Positions 25,944 to 37,735 of a DNA stretch of 64,000 bases are shown here, piece by piece. Origin of the DNA: Vicinamibacterales bacterium (GTDB lineage Bacteria > Acidobacteriota > Vicinamibacteria > Vicinamibacterales > CAVVIG01). The stretch lies in NCBI GenBank assembly GCA_040081555.1, contig JBEBGG010000002.1:1692-65691 (forward strand), written 5' to 3'. The position numbers and the translations under genes were made by a program. The stretch's first letter is position 1; every line of letters starts with the position of its first letter. The notes beneath the pieces are model-generated. The model saw only the letters and a list, made by a program, of their open reading frames with translations, had not been told where the DNA came from and did no database searches.

Positions 25944-27293
25944 TTATGGCTGCGTGTGTTCTTTGAACGCGATCGCGCCGGCGAACGTCCAGTGGTGTCT
26001 CGGGCGATAGATTCCAGTATCCGGCACGCGCGACTTCATGCGGAATGTGTAAAGCAGCCGATGGTAGTCGTACGGATAGCCATCGCAGGTGTGCACCGCC
26101 ACATCGATCTTGTAAGTACCCTCGACGAGGTCGAGACTCTCGACATCGAACGTCACAGTCGCCTCGCCTTCGAAGCTGAGCGGATCCATCTGTTCAATGA
26201 ATGTATTGGTGCCGTAGCAACAGGCGCCGTCGACATTAAACAGGCTGATGCCGAATACGAAGTCGATCGCCGGCACGTGCGCTACCACCTTTAGGCGAAT
26301 CGACATCGGATCACCCGAGTGAAAGACGAACGAGGGTTCGCCCTTGTGATCGAAGAGGCCCACGTCGACGATCTCGATTTCGCGTGAGCCCCAGCGTCCT
26401 TCCGCGGCCTGAAACATGTCACGCAGTTCGCCTTCGGGCGTTGCCATTTTCGGCACCGCCGGCTCGAGTGGCGGATCAGGCGGTGCCGCGTTCACGGCAG
26501 CGACGGCTCGTGCCGTGGTCGTGGCCAGTAGCGCACCCTCGCTCTTCTCGACGTTGATGAGGTAAGCGTCCACGATCCGTTTGGGATCGCCATGCCCCCG
26601 CGCCTGGCCTTCGTGAAGCCACAAGGCCTCGTCGCAGAAACGTTCGACCAGGCCGAGGGAATGAGTCACCAGCAGAATCGTCTTGTTGCGGCGGCGGAAT
26701 TCGGCGAACTTGTCGAGGCACTTGTGGGTGAAACCTTCGTCGCCAACGGCAAGGACTTCGTCTACGAGAAGCACGTCCGGGTTGACGTGAATCGCCACGG
26801 CGAATCCTAGGCGCATGTACATGCCTGAAGAGTAGGTCTTCACGGGCGCATCAATGAACTCCTGCAGCTCGGCGAATTCGACGATTTCATCGAAGCGCGC
26901 TTCGATCTCCTTCTTTGTCAGACCGAGCATGATGCCGTTGATGAAAACGTTCTCACGGCCGGAAATCTCCGGGTGAAATCCAGCACCGAGCTCAATGAGG
27001 GCGGAGATACGGCCGTTGACTTGAACTGTGCCCTCGGTAGGTTTGGTGATGCCGGCCACGAGCTTCAGTGCCGTGCTTTTTCCGGATCCGTTTCTCCCGA
27101 TGATGCCGTAGGTACACCCCTTCGGCACGCTGAAGGAGACGTCAGTCAGTGCTGGAAATGTTTCGTTGGGTCGCAGACCCTTGAGGATACTGCGCTGAAG
27201 CAGGGCACTCTTTAGGGTCGCGAACTGTCGACCGCTGTAACGGCGGTAGATCTTCGAAACGTGGCTGAGCTCTATGGCCGGCGTGGAGCTCAT
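25944..27293 (-). CDS. wzt: Polysaccharide ABC exporter ATP-binding protein Wzt with a C-terminal glycan-binding-type domain
   Basis: Walker A 'GRNGSGKST', signature 'YSSGMYMRLGFA' and Walker B 'LLVDEVLAVGD'. An extra ~190-aa beta-rich C-terminal domain resembles Wzt_C. Confidence 0.85.
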   Translation of the reverse strand: MSSTPAIELSHVSKIYRRYSGRQFATLKSALLQRSILKGLRPNETFPALTDVSFSVPKGCTYGIIGRNGSGKSTALKLVAGITKPTEGTVQVNGRISALIELGAGFHPEISGRENVFINGIMLGLTKKEIEARFDEIVEFAELQEFIDAPVKTYSSGMYMRLGFAVAIHVNPDVLLVDEVLAVGDEGFTHKCLDKFAEFRRRNKTILLVTHSLGLVERFCDEALWLHEGQARGHGDPKRIVDAYLINVEKSEGALLATTTARAVAAVNAAPPDPPLEPAVPKMATPEGELRDMFQAAEGRWGSREIEIVDVGLFDHKGEPSFVFHSGDPMSIRLKVVAHVPAIDFVFGISLFNVDGACCYGTNTFIEQMDPLSFEGEATVTFDVESLDLVEGTYKIDVAVHTCDGYPYDYHRLLYTFRMKSRVPDTGIYRPRHHWTFAGAIAFKEHTQP

Positions 27294-27408
27294 GACCGAA
27301 CACCTTGAGCACCCGTCATGGCCGCTTGAGCACCACGACGTCGAAGGTCATCTTCAGCCAATACTTCGATGCAGCTGTGGGCTCCGGTTGCTGACCTGGT
27401 CTGAGGCA

Positions 27409-28203
27409 CTAGACAGCCTCTGCGAACGAATCGCGCAGGCGGTCGAAGAACCAGTAGCAGGCAAGGAACAGCACGATGGACGCCCCCCCGAGCGCCAGCA
27501 GCCACCATTTCTGACCGACGGGACCGTGGAAGAACAGGATTTCCTGGTAGGACACCGCAAGATGTGTGAACGGATTCAACTGGAAGACCCAACGGTAGAT
27601 CTTGACGTTCTCGTCCTGCCACGGGTAGATGATTGGCGTCGCGAAAAACCAAAACATCAGGACATTCGAGAGCAAGTCCCGGATGTCGCGATAGTGCACG
27701 GTGAGCGCCGACAAGAACAGGGCCAGAGCTGAGGTGAGGACTAGCTGAATCAGCACCGCGACCGGAAACCAGATGAGCCCGGGCAGATCCGGCCAATGAC
27801 GGTAGTAGATCAAGAAGGCGAGGAGGATCGTAAGGCCCAGAAAGAAGTGGACCATGTTCGCCAGAACACTGACGAGAGGCAAAATCTCGGCGGGGAACAG
27901 GACCTTCTTGATCAAGTTGCCACCCGAGACCAACGAGGCCGACGCCTCCATCAGCGACGAGGCAAACCAATTCCACGGCAAGATACCGCAGAACATGAAG
28001 ACCGCGTACGGTTGCGCCAAATCGTTCCTGTTGGGAATCACCTTCGTGAACACGAAGGTGTAGATCGACAGGAGCAGAAGTGGGTTGATGAAGGACCAGA
28101 GGAACCCGAGGACGGAGCCCCGGTACCGCGCTTTAAGTTCACGGGCGACAAGGCTCTGGATGAGGCCTCGGTAGCGGACGAGCTGCGCGAGATTCGACAG
28201 CAA
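27409..28203 (-). CDS. wzm: ABC-2 type polysaccharide exporter permease Wzm
   Basis: 264 aa. 'YRGLIQSLVARELKARYRGSVLGFLWSFINP' is the ABC-2 N-terminal signature, followed by six hydrophobic segments. TTG start at 28203 directly follows the atpC stop. Confidence 0.85.
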   Translation of the reverse strand: MLSNLAQLVRYRGLIQSLVARELKARYRGSVLGFLWSFINPLLLLSIYTFVFTKVIPNRNDLAQPYAVFMFCGILPWNWFASSLMEASASLVSGGNLIKKVLFPAEILPLVSVLANMVHFFLGLTILLAFLIYYRHWPDLPGLIWFPVAVLIQLVLTSALALFLSALTVHYRDIRDLLSNVLMFWFFATPIIYPWQDENVKIYRWVFQLNPFTHLAVSYQEILFFHGPVGQKWWLLALGGASIVLFLACYWFFDRLRDSFAEAV

Positions 28204-28626
28204 TTACGAGCGTATCTTAGCGCGGGTCGCCACCTGCAGGCGGATCAACGACTTGAGGAGAGCGATGCGTGCACGCTCGGCGTCCATGTCCATTTGTGGC
28301 GTGGCAGTCCGCTCCTGAGCACGCTTCTTGGCCGCTTCGGCCCTGGCGACATCGATCTGGTCGGCTCGTTCAGCAAACTCCGCAAGAACGGTGACACGCT
28401 CGGGACGCACTTCGGCGAACCCGAACGCCATCGCCAAGTAGTGCTTTTCGGCGCCCTGCCGGTACCACAACTCGCCGGCACCGAGCAGCGCCAGTAGTGG
28501 TGTGTGTCCAGGCAGAATGCCAAAGAAGCCCTCGGAGCCAGGGATCTCCACCTCGTCGACGCTCTCGTTCACGAGGAGCCGATCGGTGGAAACGATTTGA
28601 AGTTGGATCTTGGTCGGAAGTGACAC
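28204..28626 (-). CDS. atpC: F1 ATP synthase epsilon subunit
   Basis: 140 aa. 'VEIPGSEGFFGILPGHTPLLALL' is typical of epsilon. Confidence 0.92.
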   Translation of the reverse strand: MSLPTKIQLQIVSTDRLLVNESVDEVEIPGSEGFFGILPGHTPLLALLGAGELWYRQGAEKHYLAMAFGFAEVRPERVTVLAEFAERADQIDVARAEAAKKRAQERTATPQMDMDAERARIALLKSLIRLQVATRAKIRS

Positions 28627-28637
28627 GGTCTTTCCCG

Positions 28638-30146
<1,509 letters not shown>

Positions 30147-31031
30147 CTACAGCGCCCCTGCGCCCGAAACCACTTCGATGATTTCTCTCGTGATCGCTGC
30201 CTGACGCACCTTGTTCATGTACAGCGTGAGGCTCGAGATCATTTCCGACGAGTTCTTCGTGGCGGTATCCATCGCCGTCATTTGTGCCGCAAAGAACGCG
30301 GCGTTCGATTCGAGCAGCGCGCGGTATACCTGCACTTCGACATACCGCGGCAACAACTGCTCAAAAATCTTTGCCGGGTCGGGCTCATACAGGTAGTCGA
30401 CTTGCCCGTCGGCGATCTTAGCCGCGGGAACTTGCTGCAGCTCAACTTCGGCTGGTTCGATCGGCAACAGCTGGTCGATGACGACGCGCTGAGAGATCAC
30501 CGACTTGAACTCGTTAAATACGAGCACGACCTTGTCGACATCACCAGACGTAAAGGCCTCAACCGCCAGCCGGGAAATCACTTTCGCATCGTCGAACTTC
30601 AGTTTCTGGAAGATGCCGATCTGTTCGAACAGAACTTTGAAGCCGCGACGGCCGAAATACTCTCGCCCCTTGCGGCCGACGAGCCCAAGCGTGCAGGGTT
30701 CGGTCGTTCCGGTGACATACAGAGCGGCACCTTTGATGACATTGGTGTTAAAACTGCCACACAGCCCCTTGTCGGCGGTCACGACAATCACCAGGGTGCG
30801 GGAGTGAGCGCCTTTCTCACGAAGGGCCAGAAACGGGTGGACGCTCTTGTCGACGCGCATGGCGACACTCGCCAGCACCCGTTGCATTTGCACGGCGTAC
30901 GGCCGCGCGCCCATGATGCGTTCCTGCGCGCGACGCAACTTCGACGCAGCGACCATCTTCATCGCCTTCGTGATCTGCTGCGTGTTCTTGACAGCGCGAA
31001 CCCGGCGTCTCAGGTCAATCAGTGATGGCAT
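30147..31031 (-). CDS. atpG: F1 ATP synthase gamma subunit
   Basis: 294 aa. 'MPSLIDLRRRVRAVKNTQQITKAMKMVAASKLRRAQ' is a canonical gamma N-terminus. Confidence 0.95.
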   Translation of the reverse strand: MPSLIDLRRRVRAVKNTQQITKAMKMVAASKLRRAQERIMGARPYAVQMQRVLASVAMRVDKSVHPFLALREKGAHSRTLVIVVTADKGLCGSFNTNVIKGAALYVTGTTEPCTLGLVGRKGREYFGRRGFKVLFEQIGIFQKLKFDDAKVISRLAVEAFTSGDVDKVVLVFNEFKSVISQRVVIDQLLPIEPAEVELQQVPAAKIADGQVDYLYEPDPAKIFEQLLPRYVEVQVYRALLESNAAFFAAQMTAMDTATKNSSEMISSLTLYMNKVRQAAITREIIEVVSGAGAL

Positions 31032-31131
31032 GTCTCACACTTCACTACCCACGTGTTGTCGCCACAGAGGCACAGCGGCATCGAAAGGATCTCATCTCTG
31101 CGAAGCTGCTGTGTCGTAGTCGCAAAATGCG

Positions 31132-32658
31132 TTACGCTGCGGCGCTCTTGCGCGCCGCGAAGTCACCGCCGTACGTCTTAAGCGCCGCGTTCAACGCCGC
31201 CTTGAGCTCATCGTCCAGCTGCTTCTTTTCGACGATGCCCGTGAAAATTTGCGGGTGACGTGATTCGATGAACTGATAGAGCCCGGTTTCAAATTCGCGC
31301 AGGTTGCCCAACGCCACGTTGTCGAGATGGCCATTGGTACCGGCGAAGATGATGGCCACCTGGCGCTCCACAGCGAGCGGTTCGTACTGCGGCTGCTTCA
31401 AAATCTCGACAAGACGCGCGCCTCGCGTGAGTTGCGCCTGCGTCGACTTGTCCAGATCGCTACCAAACTGCGCAAAGGCCGCCAATTCGCGGTACTGAGC
31501 AAGGTCCAACCGGAGGGTGCCGGCGACCTGCCGCATCGCCTTTATCTGGGCCGAACCGCCGACGCGCGATACCGAATTGCCGACGTTGATGGCCGGACGG
31601 ACGCCCTGATGGAAGAGGTCCGATTCCAGAAAGATCTGGCCATCTGTGATCGAGATGACGTTGGTTGGGATATAGGCTGACAGGTCGCCTGCCTGCGTCT
31701 CAATGATCGGCAACGCCGTCAACGATCCTCCGCCGAGCTCCTTGTTTAACTTCGCCGCTCTCTCCAACAGGCGCGAGTGGAGGTAGAAGACGTCGCCAGG
31801 ATACGCCTCGCGACCCGGCGGGCGACGAAGCAGCAGGGAGATTTCTCGATATGACTGCGCGTGCTTCGACAAATCGTCGTAGACCACGAGGGCATGCCGG
31901 CCGTTATCGCGAAAATACTCACCGAAGGTGCAGGCAGAGTATGGGCTGATGTAGAGCAGCGGCGCCGGGTCCGACGCCGTCGCAGCGACAACGATCGTGT
32001 ACTTCATCGCGTCCGCTTCTTCAAGCGTACGGACGACCTGGGCGACAGTCGACTGCTTTTGACCGATCGCATTGTAGATACAGATAACGCCGGTGTCCTT
32101 CTGGTTCAGGATCGCGTCGATGGCGACGGCCGTCTTGCCGGTCTGGCGGTCGCCAATAATCAGTTCGCGCTGGCCACGGCCAATCGGCACCATGGCATCG
32201 ATCGCCTTGAGCCCCGTCTGCAGCGGTTCTTTGACCGATTGACGATCAACGACACCAGGCGCGAGACGCTCGATCGGAGAAAACCGTTTGGTGGTGATGG
32301 GCCCCTTGCCGTCGATGGGCTGGCCGAGCGCATTGACGACGCGGCCAAGCATTTCGTCGCCGACCGGCACGGAAATGATACGGCCGGTACGCTTGACGGT
32401 ATCGCCTTCGCGGATGTGCTTGTACTCGCCGAGCAGCACCGCTCCGACGCTGTCCTCCTCAAGGTTCAGCGCGATCCCGAAAATACCGCCGGGGAACTCG
32501 AGCATCTCGCCCGCCATGGCGTTCTCGACGCCGTGGATCCGTGCGATGCCGTCACCAATGGAGGTGATGCTGCCCACTTCGGCGACGTCGATGTCGACAG
32601 CGAAACTGCCGATCTGATCGCGAATGATCTTGGAAATCTCTTCGGCTTTGATATCCAT
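31132..32658 (-). CDS. atpA: F1 ATP synthase alpha subunit
   Basis: 508 aa. 'GDRQTGKTA' P-loop and a canonical alpha sequence. Confidence 0.97.
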   Translation of the reverse strand: MDIKAEEISKIIRDQIGSFAVDIDVAEVGSITSIGDGIARIHGVENAMAGEMLEFPGGIFGIALNLEEDSVGAVLLGEYKHIREGDTVKRTGRIISVPVGDEMLGRVVNALGQPIDGKGPITTKRFSPIERLAPGVVDRQSVKEPLQTGLKAIDAMVPIGRGQRELIIGDRQTGKTAVAIDAILNQKDTGVICIYNAIGQKQSTVAQVVRTLEEADAMKYTIVVAATASDPAPLLYISPYSACTFGEYFRDNGRHALVVYDDLSKHAQSYREISLLLRRPPGREAYPGDVFYLHSRLLERAAKLNKELGGGSLTALPIIETQAGDLSAYIPTNVISITDGQIFLESDLFHQGVRPAINVGNSVSRVGGSAQIKAMRQVAGTLRLDLAQYRELAAFAQFGSDLDKSTQAQLTRGARLVEILKQPQYEPLAVERQVAIIFAGTNGHLDNVALGNLREFETGLYQFIESRHPQIFTGIVEKKQLDDELKAALNAALKTYGGDFAARKSAAA

Positions 32659-32663
32659 ATCTC

Positions 32664-33212
32664 TTAAATACTCTCTTGCAACCGCTGCTTCAATCGCTGC
32701 AGTTGATTCGTGATACTGCCGTCGAACACCGTGCTGCCGACTCGGGCCACCAGTCCCCCGATGATCGAAGGATCGACGGTCGCTGACAGGACGACCGCCC
32801 GCCCCGTAGCCAGGGCCAGACTTTTCTCAATCGACGTGACCTGTTCCGCCGGCATCAGTGAGGCAGACGTAACGTGGGCCCGCACCACATTTCTATGCTC
32901 CATGAGCCTGTTGCTGAAAATATCGAGAATGTCCTTGAGCAAGACAAATCGATCGCGATCCGCGAGCAGCACGAGCAGCTTGCTAACGACTTGGGTCATG
33001 GAGACGCGCGCAACTATCGCCTCAATCGTCGCGCGCTTCCGCCCAGCTGGAACCACGGGATTGAGGAGGGCCTTGCTGAGCACCGGCTCAGCGTCAAGTA
33101 GGGCGGAGAAGCCAGCAAGATCGAGCTCGACTTGTGACAAGTCCGCACGCTCCCTGATGGCAACGTCGAGGAGAGCGCGGGCGTAACGGGTGGCAGCGGT
33201 TCGTTGGGTCAC
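32664..33212 (-). CDS. atpH: F1 ATP synthase delta (OSCP) subunit
   Basis: '[14 protein letters not shown]' is a typical delta N-terminus. I prefer the GTG at 33212. The longest ORF (to 33356) adds about 48 atypical residues. Confidence 0.85.
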   Translation of the reverse strand: MTQRTAATRYARALLDVAIRERADLSQVELDLAGFSALLDAEPVLSKALLNPVVPAGRKRATIEAIVARVSMTQVVSKLLVLLADRDRFVLLKDILDIFSNRLMEHRNVVRAHVTSASLMPAEQVTSIEKSLALATGRAVVLSATVDPSIIGGLVARVGSTVFDGSITNQLQRLKQRLQESI

Positions 33213-33373
33213 GTCGTTCAGTCCAGCGGCCCGTCGGGGCGGCGCAATTGGACGCCTCTTCGCGGCGCCTGATCGCTTGAGATAACTTTCACAAGCGCGG
33301 AACACTGATTTATACCACGGTTTACGGCGCTCCGTGGCAACTCGAAATGTCGTCAACCTCGCCGATGCGGTGG

Positions 33374-34252
33374 TTACTTCTCTCCGGTCAATTGATCAAA
33401 CAACCGAATCAGCTCGTCTTCTGAGCCAAAGTCGATTTCGATGCGTCCTTTGTTACCTGTGCGCGCGATGCGAACCCGAGTACCGAAGATAAAGCGAAGT
33501 CGTTCTTCGGCGGCCCTAGTGTGGACGTCGGTCTTTGGCTCGGCGGCTGTAATGGCATCCTTGGCGGTTCTGACGGCGGTCGACTCCTTTCGAACGAAGT
33601 TCTCGGTCTCCCGAACAGACCACCCCCGGGCTATAACATCCCGCGCAATACGGCGCTGATCTGCTTCGACTGGCAGCCCGAGCAAGGCCCGCGCATGGCC
33701 CATTGTTAACCGGCCCGCCGCCACGTCGCTCTGCACATCCTCCGTGAGTTTCAGCAAACGAACGACGTTTGCCACAGTCGCGCGATCCTTGCCGACAGCA
33801 GCTGAGATCTCGTCCTGTGTCAGCATGAACTCATCAGATAGCCGGCGATAGGCGAGTGCCTCGTCTATCGGATTGAGGTTCTCGCGTTGGATGTTTTCGA
33901 TGAGCGCCAATTCGAGGAGCGATTGGTCGTTACCGGCGGCAACATCGCGGATGACTATGGGCACCCGCATCAGTCCTGCGCGTTGGGCAGCGCGCCAGCG
34001 CCGCTCGCCAGCGATGATGTGAAAACGGTCGCCGACGCGGCGGACGACGATCGGCTGGATGATGCCGTTCGACTTGATCGATCGGGCCAAGTCATCAAGC
34101 CGCCCATCGTCCATCTGACCGCGTGGTTGGAATGTATTGGGCGTCAGCAGGTGGATGTCCACGTCGAGCGCGTTAGCATTCGCGGCGGGCGCATCGGGAA
34201 TGAGCGCGCTCAGTCCTTTGCCGAGTGCTGGTCGTTTTTCCATAGGGTTCAT
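33374..34252 (-). CDS. parB: Chromosome partitioning protein ParB (Spo0J)
   Basis: 'LGKGLSALI', 'GIIQPIVVR' and 'IIAGERRWRAA' are ParB boxes; an HTH follows. Confidence 0.95.
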   Translation of the reverse strand: MNPMEKRPALGKGLSALIPDAPAANANALDVDIHLLTPNTFQPRGQMDDGRLDDLARSIKSNGIIQPIVVRRVGDRFHIIAGERRWRAAQRAGLMRVPIVIRDVAAGNDQSLLELALIENIQRENLNPIDEALAYRRLSDEFMLTQDEISAAVGKDRATVANVVRLLKLTEDVQSDVAAGRLTMGHARALLGLPVEADQRRIARDVIARGWSVRETENFVRKESTAVRTAKDAITAAEPKTDVHTRAAEERLRFIFGTRVRIARTGNKGRIEIDFGSEDELIRLFDQLTGEK

Positions 34253-34313
34253 CGCTCGTCGTTCGGGCTCGGGTTCTTGGGCTCGTTGCTCGGGAGCAGG
34301 GACGGCTTAGCCC

Positions 34314-35123
34314 CTAAAGGGGACTACCGCCTTGCGGCGCAGAATGGTGACCGCGTCGTTCGATCAGTTCACGACCAAGCGCCAGATACGCTTCGGCGCC
34401 GCGCGACTTCGGATCGTAGGCGATCACGGGCATGCCGTGGCTCGGCGCCTCGGCGAGGCGGACATTGCGCGGAATCATCGTACGGAACACCTTCTCCTTG
34501 AAGAACCCGCGAACGTCATTCGCAACCAACTGGCCGAGATTCGTCCGTTCCTCGTACATAGTAAACAACACGCCTTCGATATCGAGTAAGGGATTGAGAA
34601 CCCCTCGGACCCTTCGAATCGTGCCGAGTAGTTCTGCGAGTCCTTCGAGCGCAAAGAACTCGCAATGCAACGGGATGAGCACGGCATCTGCGGCCACAAG
34701 GCCGTTCAATGTCAGTAGGCCGAGAGACGGCGGGCAATCAATTAGGATGAAGTCGTAAAGCTCCCGCGCGGCATTCAGGAGCAGGCGGAGACGTTCTTCA
34801 CGACGCAGCAAGGGCACGAGCTCAATTTCAGCGCCTGTCAGCTGACGGTCAGCAGGAATCAGTGAGAGGCCAGGAGTATCGGTAGCGACCGTGAACGCCT
34901 CTGGATCAACAGCCGGCTCATGAGCGGTCAGTGCTTCGTGGACCGTGCCGCTCGTTCCGCTCCTGCCTTTCTGTCCTACGCCACTCGTCAGGTTGCCCTG
35001 CGGATCGATATCCACCACGAGCACTCTCAACCCAGTTGTTGCCAGCGAGGCTCCAAGGTTAATAGTGGTGGTGGTCTTCCCGACGCCGCCCTTCTGGTTG
35101 ACTACGGCGATGATGCGAGACAT
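34314..35123 (-). CDS. parA: Chromosome partitioning ATPase ParA (Soj)
   Basis: 'IIAVVNQKGGVGKTTTTINLGASLA' is a deviant Walker A. Confidence 0.95.
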   Translation of the reverse strand: MSRIIAVVNQKGGVGKTTTTINLGASLATTGLRVLVVDIDPQGNLTSGVGQKGRSGTSGTVHEALTAHEPAVDPEAFTVATDTPGLSLIPADRQLTGAEIELVPLLRREERLRLLLNAARELYDFILIDCPPSLGLLTLNGLVAADAVLIPLHCEFFALEGLAELLGTIRRVRGVLNPLLDIEGVLFTMYEERTNLGQLVANDVRGFFKEKVFRTMIPRNVRLAEAPSHGMPVIAYDPKSRGAEAYLALGRELIERRGHHSAPQGGSPL

Positions 35124-35224
35124 TTGATTTACTTAAGACTAACGGATCTGCTCTGGCCGCCGTGCCTGGGCAGAATAGGAGAACCCCCGCAAACCGGTCA
35201 ACTTCAGCTCCGAGAAGTGCACAA

Positions 35225-35240
35225 ATGTTCCACGTGGAAC
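35225..35240. other. parS centromere-like site (perfect 16-bp palindrome TGTTCCACGTGGAACA)
   Basis: Read directly from the sequence. It is self-complementary and matches the widely conserved parS consensus tGTTNCACGTGAAACa at 15 of the 16 positions (the N counted as a match). Lies between rsmG and parA. Confidence 0.85.
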
Positions 35241-35264
35241 ATCTTGGCCATGACGTAAAACGGG

Positions 35265-35885
35265 TTAGGTCTCCCGCCGTCGACCGAGCACCGACATCGC
35301 GTTTCCGCACGGAAGTGCATATTTATCAAGTATTTCCAAGCCGCCAATCGACTTGACAGGTTGAGAGCCGAAGAAGAGCATGCGCCCGTCCTCTCCCAGA
35401 AGGTGATTGGCAACCTCGATTGTCTGTTCAATTCGAACGGCGCGGCATGTGATGAGAGCAACAGAGCGGCGGTTCCACCTAAGCAAGTCCTCAAACCTGC
35501 TCTGAACTTGGGCGCCCTGCACCGGCACAACCCTGAGAGCTTCTCGAAGGAACGCGGCTTTCCTACCTCGCGACTCGGTGAGCGTCAGGGCGAGCCCGGA
35601 CGAAACCACAGCTAGGGGAATAGCAGGAGTGCCACCACCTGAACCAAGATCCACCCACAAGCCAGATAACCCCCGAACGGCCGGCTCTGCCACCAACGCC
35701 TCGAAGATCAACCGATCCAGCGTCGCGTCCGGCCACCCGTCAAGGGGGAGTGCCGTCAGATTGATGCGCCGGTTCCAGACTTGGAGCAACTCGGCGTAGG
35801 TCTTGAGCGCCGCCAAGTGAGAGGGGGAGACGGCTATCTTGAGGACTTTGGCGCGCTCGAGCACGCGAATCTGAAACGAACTCAT
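35265..35885 (-). CDS. rsmG: 16S rRNA (guanine527-N7)-methyltransferase RsmG (GidB)
   Basis: '[14 protein letters not shown]' and '[15 protein letters not shown]' SAM motif. ATG at 35885 overlaps the mnmG stop (ATGA); the longest ORF starts at 35900. Confidence 0.9.
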   Translation of the reverse strand: MSSFQIRVLERAKVLKIAVSPSHLAALKTYAELLQVWNRRINLTALPLDGWPDATLDRLIFEALVAEPAVRGLSGLWVDLGSGGGTPAIPLAVVSSGLALTLTESRGRKAAFLREALRVVPVQGAQVQSRFEDLLRWNRRSVALITCRAVRIEQTIEVANHLLGEDGRMLFFGSQPVKSIGGLEILDKYALPCGNAMSVLGRRRET

Positions 35886-37735
35886 GACGTCGCTTGCCAC
35901 CGGCGCACAAAAGCGCCAAGCACAGCGACAGCGGCAGGAGTAACACCCGGGATTCTGAGCGCGTGACCGAGCGTGTCAGGACGTATCTGAGAGAGCCTAA
36001 AGACCACCTCTCGTGACAGACCAGGCACCTGGTCGAAGGGGAACTCCCGTGGTATCCGCCGGCGTTCATCCCGGCGCAGGCGCTCGATTTCGCTTTCCTG
36101 ACGGCGAAGGTAACCTGCGTACTTGATGGTGACTTCAATACTCGCGACATCCACCGAGGGCCGGTCCGGATCCACCGCGATCGTCACTCGCGCATCCTCC
36201 ATCAGATTCTGGAGGCGAATCTCTGGTTGTGTGAGCAATTGCGCCGCGGACACTCGATCTCCGGAGGAGGTCCGCAGCCGTGTGCGCTCCAAATCGGCGA
36301 GGTTACGGCTCAACCTCGATTTCCTGGCGCTAAACAATTCCCAACGTTCGTCATCAACCAGCCCCGCCTCTCGCCCCTTAGGTGTGAGCCTCAGATCGGC
36401 GTTATCGATCCGGAGTAGTAGACGATGCTCGGCGCGTGAGGTGAACATTCGGTAGGGCTCCAAGCATCCTTTGGTGATGAGATCATCCACGAGGATACCG
36501 ATGTAAGCCTCCTCCCGGCCGATCACAAGCGGCGGCTCTCGACGTGCCCGCTTGGCAGCGTTCACGCCGGCTACAAGGCCTTGCGCGGCAGCCTCCTCAT
36601 AGCCAGAAGTACCGTTGATCTGCCCGGCAAGAAACAGTCCGGACACACGCTTGCTCTCGAGAGTCCGGGTCAACTCGGTCGGCTGGATGAAGTCGTACTC
36701 GACCGCATAACCAGGGCGGAGCATCACAGCGCCTTCAAGCCCGGGCAGCGACCGCACCAGGTCAAGCTGAACCGCTTCGGGAAGGCTCGTAGAGAAGCCA
36801 TTGACATAGACTTCAGGCGCGTCGGCGCCTTCGGGTTCGAGAAAGATCTGGTGCCGCTCTCGGTGGGGAAAGCGCATGATCTTGTCCTCAAGCGACGGGC
36901 AGTAACGAGGACCGATGCCTTTGATTTGGCCGTTGTAGAGCGGCGACTGGCCAATGTTGTCAGTCACCAGTTGCCGTACACGATCATTCGTGTGGACCAG
37001 ATAGCAGGGAACCTGCGGACGCGATGACCGCTCTTCGCTGAGGAACGAAAAGGGAACACGCGGGTCGTCGCCCTCCTCGCGTTGAAATCGTCCACTGCGG
37101 ACTCCGCCATCGAAATCGATGCTGGCTCGACTGAGCCGTGGAGGAGTGCCAGTCTTCAATCGTCCCCACTCGAAGCCGAACGACTTGAGTGATGCCGCCA
37201 GATCCTGGGACGGCGGTTCACCAAAGCGTCCTGCTGGTCGCTGCGTGCGCCCGATGTGAATCAAACCGTTCAGAAACGTGCCGGTCGTCACGACGAGTGC
37301 GGCACACCTGTGCGACTCACCATCTTCGAATGCGAGCCCAGCGATACGGCCGTGCTCCACGAGAATCGTGCCGGCGCGGCCGATCAACCATTCAATGCAA
37401 GGCTGGGCGTTGAGCGTGTCTCTCATCCATTGGCCGTAGACCTTCTTGTCGGCCTGCGCGCGCGGCGACCACACCGCCGGCCCACGGCTGCGGTTGAGCA
37501 ACTTGAACTGAATACCGGTGTCGTCGATGGCTCGGCCCATGAGGCCACCAAGCGCATCGACTTCACGAACCAGGTGGCCCTTCGCCGTCCCGCCTATGGC
37601 CGGGTTGCATGGCATGTGCCCGACGGTATCCTTCGTCAGCGTGCACAGCCCGACCCTTGCACCAAGGCGGGCGGACGCGAATGCGGCTTCGCAGCCTGCA
37701 TGACCTGCACCGATCACAATGACGTCAAAGTTCAT
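35882..37735 (-). CDS. mnmG: tRNA uridine 5-carboxymethylaminomethyl modification enzyme MnmG (GidA)
   Basis: '[16 protein letters not shown]' FAD motif and GidA sequence throughout. ATG at 37735 overlaps the mnmE stop. Confidence 0.96.
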   Translation of the reverse strand: MNFDVIVIGAGHAGCEAAFASARLGARVGLCTLTKDTVGHMPCNPAIGGTAKGHLVREVDALGGLMGRAIDDTGIQFKLLNRSRGPAVWSPRAQADKKVYGQWMRDTLNAQPCIEWLIGRAGTILVEHGRIAGLAFEDGESHRCAALVVTTGTFLNGLIHIGRTQRPAGRFGEPPSQDLAASLKSFGFEWGRLKTGTPPRLSRASIDFDGGVRSGRFQREEGDDPRVPFSFLSEERSSRPQVPCYLVHTNDRVRQLVTDNIGQSPLYNGQIKGIGPRYCPSLEDKIMRFPHRERHQIFLEPEGADAPEVYVNGFSTSLPEAVQLDLVRSLPGLEGAVMLRPGYAVEYDFIQPTELTRTLESKRVSGLFLAGQINGTSGYEEAAAQGLVAGVNAAKRARREPPLVIGREEAYIGILVDDLITKGCLEPYRMFTSRAEHRLLLRIDNADLRLTPKGREAGLVDDERWELFSARKSRLSRNLADLERTRLRTSSGDRVSAAQLLTQPEIRLQNLMEDARVTIAVDPDRPSVDVASIEVTIKYAGYLRRQESEIERLRRDERRRIPREFPFDQVPGLSREVVFRLSQIRPDTLGHALRIPGVTPAAVAVLGAFVRRWQATS

